Assembly: GCA_963674825.1 (NCBI GenBank) | Contig: OY771587.1 | Location: 3,648,001-3,712,000 of the forward strand | Direction: 5' to 3' | Length of the DNA stretch: 64,000 nt | Source: Candidatus Cloacimonadales bacterium | GTDB taxonomy: Bacteria > Cloacimonadota > Cloacimonadia > Cloacimonadales > JAIOQZ01 | Part shown: positions 1-9,524 of the stretch, in pieces | Layout: every line of letters begins with the position of its first letter | How positions within the stretch are numbered: the stretch's first letter is position 1 | Position numbers and translations under genes: made by a program | The notes under the pieces: generated by a model | The model's database searches: none | What the model was told of the DNA's origin: nothing | Seen by the model: the letters and a program-made list of their open reading frames with translations, nothing else

Positions 1-1653
1 TCCGATTATGGCTTCATTCCAAGCGGAACTACATCCAGCAATGCGCTGAACCCATTCCAGATAACTGTGCCGGACGATACCGGATTCGCAGATATCAATT
101 ACACCGTTGAAGTCACCGCTACTTCGGGAGAATACTCGTTCGTAAATAGCTACAGCGAAGTATTCTCCGTCAGCATGTTCCAGAGCAACTGGCCCTGGGC
201 AAGCGGATATGACTTCAAGGCCGCACCGATTCCTTACGATATGACAGACGACGGCGTCATGGAAATCCTGGCGATCTCCGACGAGCTCGAAATCATAGCA
301 CTCGATATCAACGCTGCCATGCTTGATGATTATCCCGTCGTCAACAATGAGCGCATCTGGCGCAGCACAGCCTTTGAGGATATCAATCAGGATGGACAGC
401 CCGATATCGTTTTTGCCAGCCGCCTCGGTAAGATTGGCGCTTACAATCTCGATGGCACTCAGATATTCAGAAACGACGACGTTGCCGAGCAGCTCATGAC
501 GCCGGTTGTGGCCGATATCGACGGCGACAGCCAATGGGATGTGATCTCGCTGGGTATCGACGGCAATCTTCATGCAATCAACCATAATGGCAATGAAATG
601 AACGGCTTCCCCATCGAGCTGGAATCCACACTCGCCGAAATAGCAGCGGCAGATATGGATTCTGACGGAACGGACGAGATCATCGTTGGAACCAATGTCG
701 GTAACGTTTATGTATTGCACTACGACGGATCGAACCTTGAAGGTTTCCCCATTGCGCTTGGATCGGGCGTGATTGGTGCTCCGGTAGTTCTTCCTGATCA
801 CAGCATCGTTCTCGGTACCCAGGATGAGAAGCTCTATCGCATCGCTGCCGATGGTGAAATCCTGCTTGAACTCGAGATTGCCGGACGCGTCGCCAATTCG
901 GTGATTGCTGCCGATTTCGATAATGACCTGGGCGTGGAACTCGCCTTCAATACCCATAACGGCTATATCTACGCAATGGAGAAAAACGGCGTCATCCTCG
1001 AAGGCTTCCCTATCGAGACAAGCGTTACCTTTATCAATCCTCCACTCGCGGCAGATTTCGACAACGACGACGAAGTCGAGATCATCTCGTTTTCGAGCCT
1101 GAGCAACCTCTACGCCTACAACCCGGACGGATCATCGATCGGTTTCTCACCGGTACCGATCCTTCTCGGTGGAAATACTCCTGGAACAATTATCGACCTC
1201 GATGGCGATAACGACCTTGAATTCATGTGCGGTAACGCAAGTGGCGTGGTGATCGTGGACTGCAAGATGCAGAAAGGCATGAAGATGCCCTGGTACACCT
1301 ACCGTGGTAACCTCCGCCGTACCGGATACTATCCGGACAGTCCTACGGATACAGACGATCCGACAGCTCCGGAATTCAGCACAGAGCTCAAGGGTAACTT
1401 CCCCAATCCGTTCAATCCTACAACGACCATCGCGTTCAGCCTTGCGAAGAAAGCAAACGTGGAGCTGAGCGTTTATAACATCCGCGGTCAGAAGGTGAAA
1501 ACACTGGTCAGCGGCGCGATGGATTCCGGTGAGCACCGGATCGAGTGGGATGGATCGGACGAAACCGGAAAATCGACATCATCAGGCGTCTATTTCTATC
1601 GCCTGAATGCAGGTGGTTACGACCATGTGCGTAAGATGCTGATGATAAAATAG
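1..1653 (+). CDS. Secreted FG-GAP/VCBS-repeat protein with C-terminal FlgD-Ig/T9SS-type sorting domain (5'-partial)
   Basis: Frame is open from base 1 (SDYGFIPSG...). Repeated DxDxDGxx(D/E)I motifs. C-terminus NFPNPFNPTTTIAFSL...YNIRGQKV...WDG...SGVYFYRL...KMLMIK. Confidence 0.85.
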   Translation, partial: SDYGFIPSGTTSSNALNPFQITVPDDTGFADINYTVEVTATSGEYSFVNSYSEVFSVSMFQSNWPWASGYDFKAAPIPYDMTDDGVMEILAISDELEIIALDINAAMLDDYPVVNNERIWRSTAFEDINQDGQPDIVFASRLGKIGAYNLDGTQIFRNDDVAEQLMTPVVADIDGDSQWDVISLGIDGNLHAINHNGNEMNGFPIELESTLAEIAAADMDSDGTDEIIVGTNVGNVYVLHYDGSNLEGFPIALGSGVIGAPVVLPDHSIVLGTQDEKLYRIAADGEILLELEIAGRVANSVIAADFDNDLGVELAFNTHNGYIYAMEKNGVILEGFPIETSVTFINPPLAADFDNDDEVEIISFSSLSNLYAYNPDGSSIGFSPVPILLGGNTPGTIIDLDGDNDLEFMCGNASGVVIVDCKMQKGMKMPWYTYRGNLRRTGYYPDSPTDTDDPTAPEFSTELKGNFPNPFNPTTTIAFSLAKKANVELSVYNIRGQKVKTLVSGAMDSGEHRIEWDGSDETGKSTSSGVYFYRLNAGGYDHVRKMLMIK

Positions 1654-1672
1654 TTAGACAGCAGCTTGATAT

Positions 1673-1707
1673 AGGGGCAAGTCACAGCGCTTGCCCCTTT
1701 TCTTTTC
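1673..1707 (+). terminator. Intrinsic terminator
   Basis: AGGGGCAAG-loop-CTTGCCCCT followed by TTTCTTTTC, 20 nt after the stop. Confidence 0.8.
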
Positions 1708-1782
1708 TCACAAGCATATAAGTACTTGACATTCAATATTAAAAAAACAGCCATGAACGGATGATAACTTGAGGTTGAATCG

Positions 1783-3942
1783 ATGAAACGAATTATTCAA
1801 GCGATGCTAGGATACGCTGTCCCCGATGAGCATTTTATACAGGCTGCGTTAATTGACGCAGGACAAGATCAGATTACCGGAAGCTGTGCTTTTGAACCAA
1901 TAATAAACAAGCTTGTTCTTGGTTTCACGCTTTATTATCGCGGTCATTTGGAGAAATCGGACGAGACATTCAATAATCTGCTTGCCGGTATTCAAACATG
2001 TCACTGGGATTCACCAGAAAACATCTCCATGGACGAAATCATGGTATGCGCTCTGATCGGACGCTTCTATTACGCTCATGTTGCAAAAGGCCAAAAATTG
2101 AGTCTGCAATTTCATCACAGAGCAAAGAGCATTGCCAGCAGAAGCACCACCATTCCAGCCGATTCTATTGTCCGAAAGGTTCTTATGTTATTAGATGGGA
2201 TAGTGCAATCCTTTACCGGTGAAAACGTTGAGGCGATTTCAACGCTAACTTCACTTACCGAAACGACTGGCGATGGTGAGGGTAATTTACCAGAATATCT
2301 TCTTGCTGTAAATTCCCATCTACGGCTTGCCATCGCATTAATACGAATAAGAGATTATACAACGGCATCCGAGCATATTGAGAAGGGCCTTGTTTTAGCA
2401 AATCAGATCGGATACAAGCACGGTGTGGCAGAAGTGCTTCGCAGAAAAGCAATTCTCCTTGGTCACCAGAAAGATCATCGTGCGACGATCGAGTTATTGA
2501 ACAGCGCGCATGAAATTTTTGAAGTCACCGGTAACATTTATGGGCAAATTCAAACGCTTTCGAGCTTGGGGAGAAATTACAGTACGCATGAGACCAAACA
2601 TGCCGAATATTGTTTTCGAAAAGCAATCGAGCTGGCAAAAGCTCACAGATATGTGTTTGAACTGAGTAGCCTCTATTCCCTGATGGGCGACGTCCTCATG
2701 ATTCAGGGAAGGTTACAATCAGCTGAAAAATACTACATGCAGGATTACGCACTTTCACAGGATGATGAATCGATTCGAAGACGTGCCTATATCAACCGAA
2801 ATCTTGGCCGTATCTACCACATCCAGAACAAATTGGTTGATTCTGTGAGCCACTTGAGAAACGCCCTGGATGATTTTGAGAAAGTGGATGATAAGACCAA
2901 TTACGGCTATGTTGCCCTCAGGCTATGCCAATGCTATCTCGACATGGATTCTCTTCAAGAATCGCGTAAACTTGAGCAAAAAGTACGTGCCATTTTCGGA
3001 GTCAACAGCACATACGAATCTTCACTTTGTGATATGATGTTAGGGATGATCTATCGGAAGGAACAGAAAACAGAGGCAGCCATTCAAATCCTAAAAAAGA
3101 GTTTAGCAAATCAAGAAAGGTACGCGATGAGCTTTGCTTGTATTCGCACAAGGCTCGAACTTGCTTTCGCATTCAAAGACCTTGAAGATATTGAATCATA
3201 TAAAAACACGCTTGTAAGCATAATCAAGCTTTCCAGGCACCATTACATCCAGGAAATCGAAGATAAAGCGCTTGAATTACTCCGTGAAGTTGACGAAAAA
3301 GAGTGGTCGCGTCTTCGCAATATTGTATTTCTGGGAGTATCCTCAGATAAGCAAGAAAGCCGTATCGTCAATATGGCAATCATGTACGCCGATATCCGTA
3401 ACTACACTCACATTACCAATAACAACCAGGTTGAGCGTATCGCTGAATTCGTGAACGATTTTTTCAACATCGTCAGCCGGATTGTTTATACTCACGGCGG
3501 TCTCGTAAACAAATACATCGGTGATTGTGTAATGAGCTTGTTCGGGCTTGATAACGAGTATATCGACAATGAAGAGAAGCTGTTCCACGAGTCGGTTCAT
3601 TCTGCATACCTTGCCGCAATCGATATCGCCAGATCCACCCGGTTGTTGAAACGACGCTGGGATCTAAAGAGCGATATCGAGATCGGTATTGGAATTGCCA
3701 GTGGTCCGGTTGTTGCCGGTTATTTCGGAAGCTTGGAGCGGATGGAATTTTCTGTGATCGGATCGACTGTGAACAAAGCTTCCAGAATACAGAACCTTGC
3801 ATCAAGCAAACATGCATTGCTATGCGAGAACACAGCGATAATTCTGGGCGACCTACCTCAAATCAAACCCCATGATTCCGTAAGCTGTAAAGGTTTCCCT
3901 GAAATGGTCAAAGTGTCGGCATTGATTTATCCCAAATCATAA
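1783..3942 (+). CDS. TPR-repeat class III nucleotidyl (likely adenylate) cyclase
   Basis: Helical TPR-like repeats (aa ~170-500). Cyclase motifs MYADIRNYT, NKYIGDCVM, GIGIASG, VIGSTVNKASR. RBS GAGGT upstream. Confidence 0.85.
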   Translation: MKRIIQAMLGYAVPDEHFIQAALIDAGQDQITGSCAFEPIINKLVLGFTLYYRGHLEKSDETFNNLLAGIQTCHWDSPENISMDEIMVCALIGRFYYAHVAKGQKLSLQFHHRAKSIASRSTTIPADSIVRKVLMLLDGIVQSFTGENVEAISTLTSLTETTGDGEGNLPEYLLAVNSHLRLAIALIRIRDYTTASEHIEKGLVLANQIGYKHGVAEVLRRKAILLGHQKDHRATIELLNSAHEIFEVTGNIYGQIQTLSSLGRNYSTHETKHAEYCFRKAIELAKAHRYVFELSSLYSLMGDVLMIQGRLQSAEKYYMQDYALSQDDESIRRRAYINRNLGRIYHIQNKLVDSVSHLRNALDDFEKVDDKTNYGYVALRLCQCYLDMDSLQESRKLEQKVRAIFGVNSTYESSLCDMMLGMIYRKEQKTEAAIQILKKSLANQERYAMSFACIRTRLELAFAFKDLEDIESYKNTLVSIIKLSRHHYIQEIEDKALELLREVDEKEWSRLRNIVFLGVSSDKQESRIVNMAIMYADIRNYTHITNNNQVERIAEFVNDFFNIVSRIVYTHGGLVNKYIGDCVMSLFGLDNEYIDNEEKLFHESVHSAYLAAIDIARSTRLLKRRWDLKSDIEIGIGIASGPVVAGYFGSLERMEFSVIGSTVNKASRIQNLASSKHALLCENTAIILGDLPQIKPHDSVSCKGFPEMVKVSALIYPKS

Positions 3943-3949
3943 CCAGACT

Positions 3950-5467
3950 TTAAAACCGCCAGACATCCCCGTCCTTGATGAAATTGCCATTGGACAGGAT
4001 ATTGCATTCGGAATCGGTAATTACGAAGTCCTCGGGGCCGTGGAAGAAGCGGTTGCACGAATGCATATCATGGATCGATTGACCAGTGTAAATAACCATT
4101 CCCTTCTCGTAGTTCTGCGGATTCGGCAGACAGCAGACAATACGGAAATTCGTACCTTTATAGATACGATCCGCAATGAGCCGATCCGGCAACATCTGGA
4201 AGGGAAGCCTGTCAGAGTATTGATCCAGCCACCTGTTACCCGGACCAAACGCGATGATATGGCGTGTCGATAGATCCCGTTCCATTGCCTCCGTGTCGGT
4301 AATCTCCGTGCCACCAGTCCTATTCGAGATAAACTCGATTACAGGCAGGATATTTTCGGTAACACCTTCGTTTTCAGCCGGATCGGGGTAGATTATCCAG
4401 GCATCGAAGAGCGCACGATTGATTGGCCCAGCCATGGGGTAATCCTTGAGCGATGCAAGATATTCGTCGGGATCTTTCGCAAGCGCTTCCAGAGCCTCTT
4501 CGAACCGCGGGAAATAGTCGTTGAAAGCAAGTTCGGATTGCTCGTATTCTTCGCAGAGTCCATTTAGAAACCGGGTATAGAGAAATCCACACCGTTCCTC
4601 GTTTTCAATTGCGCTCTCGAGATTATAATCACCATCCATCCGCTTTAAAATACGAATTACAGCAATCCGCACAAATTGCTCGATTACAACCACCCACCAA
4701 TGATTGTACGCGTTGTACATCCTTTTGAGTAGCTTGTCGGTCTGGAGGTTTTCTGTAGTATTCCACCTATAAATGTCCTGCATGACGATCGGATTGACAT
4801 AGCTATGGCTGAACTCATGGATAATGGTGATAAGGTCGTCGTTACCCATGATGCAGAAATTGTGCTGATTGCCATTGGAATCCACGATGCAAGGCCCATA
4901 ACCCGAGAGAGGTATCAATGGCGCGAAAATAAAGGTGAAGTCACCCGAACGATAACCATACCAGTTTGTAATAGCTTCCACAACGTTCGATCTGGAATAT
5001 TTCTCGGTGAGCATGTCTAATTGCTTCTGATAGTAAGCATCCTGCGAAAGCATGAAATCCGCAAAACGACTCACTTCCGCAAAATCGTTCATCAGGTCGA
5101 TCCACGAGTCGAATTCCACATCATTGCCAATTTCCTCGAGCCTGGCATACTGGCTGACACCCACATGCTCCTCATATCTAAAGCATCTATCTACCAGCGG
5201 AACTCCCTCATAGCGTAGCATATATTGTACTGGTGCGTCATTATTGAAATCCCGCTCCTCCAGAGATTTCATTTTCGACACAACCGGATGATCTACGAAG
5301 GGCATGAACCACGCATCGACTTCATCGCTATAACCATATCCATCATTATGTACCATTTCGCTTCCTGATAAACGTTGTACGATCGTAAGCAGTTCAATTC
5401 GTGGATCGATCATCAAAATGAGTCCGTTGCAGTGCCGCATAATGGGAGCGATCAATTTCGATGGCAT
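3950..5467 (-). CDS. DUF4932-like putative zinc metallopeptidase
   Basis: IDPRIELL N-terminal motif and HEFSH (HExxH) zincin motif. Start moved to ATG 5467 after the GGAGG RBS. Confidence 0.65.
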   Translation of the reverse strand: MPSKLIAPIMRHCNGLILMIDPRIELLTIVQRLSGSEMVHNDGYGYSDEVDAWFMPFVDHPVVSKMKSLEERDFNNDAPVQYMLRYEGVPLVDRCFRYEEHVGVSQYARLEEIGNDVEFDSWIDLMNDFAEVSRFADFMLSQDAYYQKQLDMLTEKYSRSNVVEAITNWYGYRSGDFTFIFAPLIPLSGYGPCIVDSNGNQHNFCIMGNDDLITIIHEFSHSYVNPIVMQDIYRWNTTENLQTDKLLKRMYNAYNHWWVVVIEQFVRIAVIRILKRMDGDYNLESAIENEERCGFLYTRFLNGLCEEYEQSELAFNDYFPRFEEALEALAKDPDEYLASLKDYPMAGPINRALFDAWIIYPDPAENEGVTENILPVIEFISNRTGGTEITDTEAMERDLSTRHIIAFGPGNRWLDQYSDRLPFQMLPDRLIADRIYKGTNFRIVCCLPNPQNYEKGMVIYTGQSIHDMHSCNRFFHGPEDFVITDSECNILSNGNFIKDGDVWRF

Positions 5468-5556
5468 AGGGTCCTCCGGTTGAATAAATTGAGGAATATC
5501 AACAAGAGTGTTCCACAACATGATTGTCAAGGTATAACCATGATCAAAATTTTATC

Positions 5557-5584
5557 TTGACATATTTCGCTGAGCGCTTACTCA
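5557..5584 (+). promoter_or_regulatory. Putative sigma70 promoter with overlapping palindrome TGAGcgcttaCTCA (candidate TetR operator)
   Basis: TTGACA at 5557-5562. Imperfect palindrome at 5571-5584 over the -10 region, 30 nt upstream of tetR. Confidence 0.45.
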
Positions 5585-5613
5585 TTGACACGAAACTCAA
5601 CAAAGGCGGATTC

Positions 5614-6189
5614 ATGAGTAATAAGCGACAGTTGCAAAAGATACAAACCAGGAAAAACATCTTTAATACCGCCAAAATGATGTTTCTTCAGCGCGGATTC
5701 ATCGATGTCACCACTGCGGAAATCGCCAAGGAAGCAGGCGTCGCGCACGGTACGATATTCGTACATTTCCCGACTCGCGAAGATCTCGTCCTGTCCGTAA
5801 TCGACAGTGAAATGAGCGGTGCACAGGAACACATCGACCGGCTTCTCACACATTCCGGAAACTTTGTCGATCTTGCCATCAGCTATCTGGATTACCTCGC
5901 TGGAAATGAATCGTTCCACGCGCTGATCGCACGAGAATTGCCATTCTATAAGCCTGGATTGCGTGACCGCATCATTTTCCGGCAAGCGCTGATCCAAATG
6001 CAATTTGCCGATATCCTCAAACACGAACAGGTACCGAATCCGACCGGAATCGTGCAGTACCTCTTCGGGATGTCGCACTACTATCTTTCGATGCGAGACG
6101 TCTTCAATACGGAAGGCAGCGTAATCGAGCGGTTCAAGAAATCGATGATCGATACCATTAAAATCATGATGGGAGGCTCAGACCAATGA
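5614..6189 (+). CDS. TetR/AcrR family transcriptional regulator
   Basis: TRKNIFNTAKMMFLQRGF...TTAEIAKEAGVAHGTIFVHF HTH. Start moved to ATG 5614. Confidence 0.9.
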   Translation: MSNKRQLQKIQTRKNIFNTAKMMFLQRGFIDVTTAEIAKEAGVAHGTIFVHFPTREDLVLSVIDSEMSGAQEHIDRLLTHSGNFVDLAISYLDYLAGNESFHALIARELPFYKPGLRDRIIFRQALIQMQFADILKHEQVPNPTGIVQYLFGMSHYYLSMRDVFNTEGSVIERFKKSMIDTIKIMMGGSDQ

Positions 6190-9100
6190 AACGATGCAAG
6201 AGTTGCGGTAAAATTTTGGACGACGACAGGACCTATTGCGACAACTGCGCAGACGAAACCGGACGTCGAAGAAGATACGGCGAGATCGTCGAGCGCATGG
6301 CCGAACGCATGAGCAGTGATCTGGGCTACTCCAAAGACTTTGCGGAAACGCTGACCCAAAACAACATGAAACAACTGCCAAGCTGGGCGCGGAAAGGAGA
6401 CAGGATGAAAGACCGCATTATAATCACCGACATCGGAAGCACAACAACCAAAGCAATCCTGCTGGTTCGAGATATGGACGGCAGCAGAATGTACGGACCC
6501 GTTCACGCACCGACGACCGTCGAGAAACCATTCGAAGACGTTATGCAGGGTGTGATCAATAGCCTTGACGAACTTCAGAAGAAAACGGGTCAGAAAACAC
6601 TCACGGATTCTGGCAACGCGATAGATTCCGAAAGCCTTTACCTTACCACCAGCAGCGCCGGGGGCGGCTTGCAGATTCTCGTTGTGGGACTCACCGTATT
6701 CGATTCAGCCAGCAGTGCCAGACGTGCTTCCTACGGTGCCGGCGGTGTACTCCTGGATGTATTCGCCATCGATGACAAACGATCCGCGATTGAGCAGATG
6801 CTTGCTATGCAGCGACTCTTCCCGGATATCATTCTTTTTTCGGGCGGGATCGACGGGGGGGCGGTCGCAGGCTTGATCCGGCTTGGTGAACTCCTTTCAA
6901 TGGCAAATCCGCAAGCGAAATTTGGAGGAGAGGACAAAGTTCCGCTGGTATACGCCGGTAATAAAGACGCGCAGAAAGTGATGGACGTCATTTTCCGAAA
7001 GGGCTTTGACTTACATATCGTACCCAACCTCCGTCCCACCATGACCGATGAGAATCTTGAACCCGCGTGCGAAAAGATCCACCAGCTTTTCATGGATCAT
7101 GTAATGGAACGCGCTCCGGGATATTCTGCATTAAAAACGATCGTCGGCGATGACATCATCCCTACTCCGACCGGTGTCATGAAATCGATGCAGATTCTCA
7201 GCGAAACGCTCGACACCAACATCATGGCCGTCGATATCGGAGGCGCAACCACCGACATTTTCTCCAATATTATGGGCAATTTCTATCGCACCGTTAGCGC
7301 TAATTACGGCATGAGCTACAGCATAGCCAACGTAATGAAAGACGCCACCCGCGATAAGCTGCTTGCCATGCTGCCATCGGAAATCGACGGAAAATATGTA
7401 ACCAACTACATCGGCAACAAGATGCTCTTCCCCACCACCTACCCTGAAGGAACCGTGCAGTTTGCCATCGAACGGGCCGCATCCGCGCTGGCAATCGCGA
7501 TGTCCAAACGACAACACATGGAGATGCATTTCAACGCGGAGCAGATCGGTTTCCTCGACCGTTTCAAGAACCGCGATTTCGATAAATTCACCGAAACCGT
7601 TTACTACAACCAGAAGATGCAGGAACGCCGCTTCCATCCGCGCGATCTCAACGTCATGATCGGTGCCGGTGGCGTAATCGCGGCAGCAAAGGATCCCAAA
7701 GACGCGCTTATGATGGTCGTCGATGGTCTGCAACCACTCGGCATCACCGAAATCTGGCGCGACCGTCATTTCACCTCTCCGCACCTGGGGAAACTCAGCG
7801 ATATTGACGAAGATCTGGCCCGGAAGCTTCTCCTGAATGATTGCTATGAAAAGCTTGCGATGGTCGTCACCCCGATGTCGCGCAAGATAAAACCCGGCAG
7901 AATGGTAATGACCGTTCAATGTGATCATGATTCATTTACCATCTCCGCTGGGCAGTTGCGCTATCTGGACAATCCCGAGCGCAAGACCCGGAAAGTCACA
8001 ATAGAACTTGAGAAAAACGTCTATCTGCAAGATAACGAACGCACTGCGAGCTTCGAGACCGATTTACCGATCCTGATTGACGCTCGTTTTGGAAAGATAG
8101 CCGCTTCTGAAGTGGAACAAACGAAGCTTCAACCGATCGAAGCCCATTTCCATAACGACAGACAAGATCGTGTCGTGGAAGGCGATGACGAATTGACCAT
8201 CGAGCTGCCGTATCCGGGCGATATTCTGGTCAACGAAGGTGATCTTGTTCGTGCCGATACGCTTGTCGGTGAAATCCTGTATGATCCACCCCACATCTAT
8301 ATCGTGGAGCTCTTCAACGTGAAAGAACTCGATCTCGATCAGCACAATCTGAGCGAGTTCATCCAAGTGAAAGTGGGAGACAAGGTTGAGATGGGACAGA
8401 ATTTGATTGATCGAGGAAAATCGACGTTTATCGAAGAGCTGCGCGGTAGAGTGCGGACCTTCCAGTCGCCGGTTCGTGGACAAGTAGATAAAATCAATTA
8501 CGAAGACGGCACCATTGTTATGCGTGAGATTCAAGACTACTCGAATAAACCGAAGAAAATCGACGTAGCGCACAAACTTGGCGTGAAACCACAGCAGATC
8601 AGAGCCTATTTAAAGAAACAGAAAGGTGATTTCGTTCACGCCAGCGAAGTGATCGCCAAGCGTCTGGTGGATAACCAGGATGGCAAAATGCCGATGTTTG
8701 TCCATACACCCACCACAGGAACGATCACCGATGTCGATCTGAAAAACGGGACCGTGACAGTTCAATACAACAAAGAGCCCTATCGCCGCTACGCCAACCT
8801 GACAGGAACGGTGATGAAGGTGATTCCGAATCATTCTGCTACAATCCGCTATCGCGGTACGCAATTCGACGGTGTTATCGGTTTCGGTGGTGAAGCTGGC
8901 GCGACCCTGCATTGGATGACCAATGAGCATGATTTCAAGACAGGCTGCATCAATGCGTATGGCCATAAAATCCATCCACAAATGCTTCTGGGAGCGAAGA
9001 AAGCCGGAATCGTGGGACTCATTGCACCGGGAATCGATTTCGACGATATAAACGACTTCCTCTCGCAGCCGATCGGCGTTGGCCTCACCGGCAACGAGAA

Positions 9101-9260
9101 CATCCCGTATCCCATCATACTGACCGAAGGATTCGGTGATTTCCACATGCCAGATGAATTGATCGAGCTACTTCAAAACGCGTCGGACAGGCATTGCTAC
9201 ATTAACGGTATGACGCAGATTCGCGCCGGTGTTATCCGGCCGAGAGTAGTGGTTGTGTAA
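6186..9260 (+). CDS. Glutamate mutase L (GlmL/MutL)-like ASKHA ATPase, fused to an N-terminal zinc ribbon and a C-terminal barrel-sandwich-hybrid repeat region
   Basis: CKSC/YCDNC at the N-terminus. DIGSTTTKA, TSSAGGGLQ and DIGGATTD motifs. C-terminal LPYPGDILVNEGDLV, SPVRGQV, TPTTGTI and TQIRAGVIRP segments. ATGA overlap with tetR. Confidence 0.75.
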   Translation: MKRCKSCGKILDDDRTYCDNCADETGRRRRYGEIVERMAERMSSDLGYSKDFAETLTQNNMKQLPSWARKGDRMKDRIIITDIGSTTTKAILLVRDMDGSRMYGPVHAPTTVEKPFEDVMQGVINSLDELQKKTGQKTLTDSGNAIDSESLYLTTSSAGGGLQILVVGLTVFDSASSARRASYGAGGVLLDVFAIDDKRSAIEQMLAMQRLFPDIILFSGGIDGGAVAGLIRLGELLSMANPQAKFGGEDKVPLVYAGNKDAQKVMDVIFRKGFDLHIVPNLRPTMTDENLEPACEKIHQLFMDHVMERAPGYSALKTIVGDDIIPTPTGVMKSMQILSETLDTNIMAVDIGGATTDIFSNIMGNFYRTVSANYGMSYSIANVMKDATRDKLLAMLPSEIDGKYVTNYIGNKMLFPTTYPEGTVQFAIERAASALAIAMSKRQHMEMHFNAEQIGFLDRFKNRDFDKFTETVYYNQKMQERRFHPRDLNVMIGAGGVIAAAKDPKDALMMVVDGLQPLGITEIWRDRHFTSPHLGKLSDIDEDLARKLLLNDCYEKLAMVVTPMSRKIKPGRMVMTVQCDHDSFTISAGQLRYLDNPERKTRKVTIELEKNVYLQDNERTASFETDLPILIDARFGKIAASEVEQTKLQPIEAHFHNDRQDRVVEGDDELTIELPYPGDILVNEGDLVRADTLVGEILYDPPHIYIVELFNVKELDLDQHNLSEFIQVKVGDKVEMGQNLIDRGKSTFIEELRGRVRTFQSPVRGQVDKINYEDGTIVMREIQDYSNKPKKIDVAHKLGVKPQQIRAYLKKQKGDFVHASEVIAKRLVDNQDGKMPMFVHTPTTGTITDVDLKNGTVTVQYNKEPYRRYANLTGTVMKVIPNHSATIRYRGTQFDGVIGFGGEAGATLHWMTNEHDFKTGCINAYGHKIHPQMLLGAKKAGIVGLIAPGIDFDDINDFLSQPIGVGLTGNENIPYPIILTEGFGDFHMPDELIELLQNASDRHCYINGMTQIRAGVIRPRVVVV

Positions 9261-9277
9261 AAGGAAGTACTGTGGTT

Positions 9278-9312
9278 TCTTGATACAGTGCTGCGTCGCA
9301 CTCAGCATGAAA
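9278..9312 (-). repeat. Degenerate family C repeat (TCATGCTGAGTG-hairpin-GTATC variant)
   Basis: Reverse complement tttcatgctgagtgcgacgcagcactgtatcaaga resembles the copy at 51828. Confidence 0.4.
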
Positions 9313-9332
9313 CTGGAAAAATGTAATTTTCT

Positions 9333-9392
9333 GTAGGGGCAGACCACTGTGTCTGCCCTTTTCTAATGCGGACGAGGACGTCCCCGCTCCAT
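9333..9392. repeat. Composite REP-like doublet: family A (9333-9358, +) and family B (9366-9392, -)
   Basis: GTAGGGGCAGACCACTGTGTCTGCCC followed by ATGCGGACGAGGACGTCCCCGCTCCAT. The same doublet occurs inverted at 58614-58671. Confidence 0.75.
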
Positions 9393-9444
9393 GAAGAGAA
9401 ATGCATAAGCATTTCCCCTCCCCGGACTCGTATTTCAATATACG

Positions 9445-9477
9445 AAGCCCCCGCAGTCGGGGTGACCACGGGGGCTT
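9445..9477. terminator. Hairpin between convergent genes
   Basis: AAGCCCCCG...CGGGGGCTT inverted repeat. Confidence 0.5.
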
Positions 9478-9524
9478 ACGGGTAGACACGGGTTTCAGGG
9501 ATTAATTATGCCTCAGAACCTACC

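Noticed and set aside
6405..8100. DNA mismatch-repair MutL
   Set aside because: Name coincidence only. The motifs are ASKHA/GlmL-type, not GHKL ATPase.
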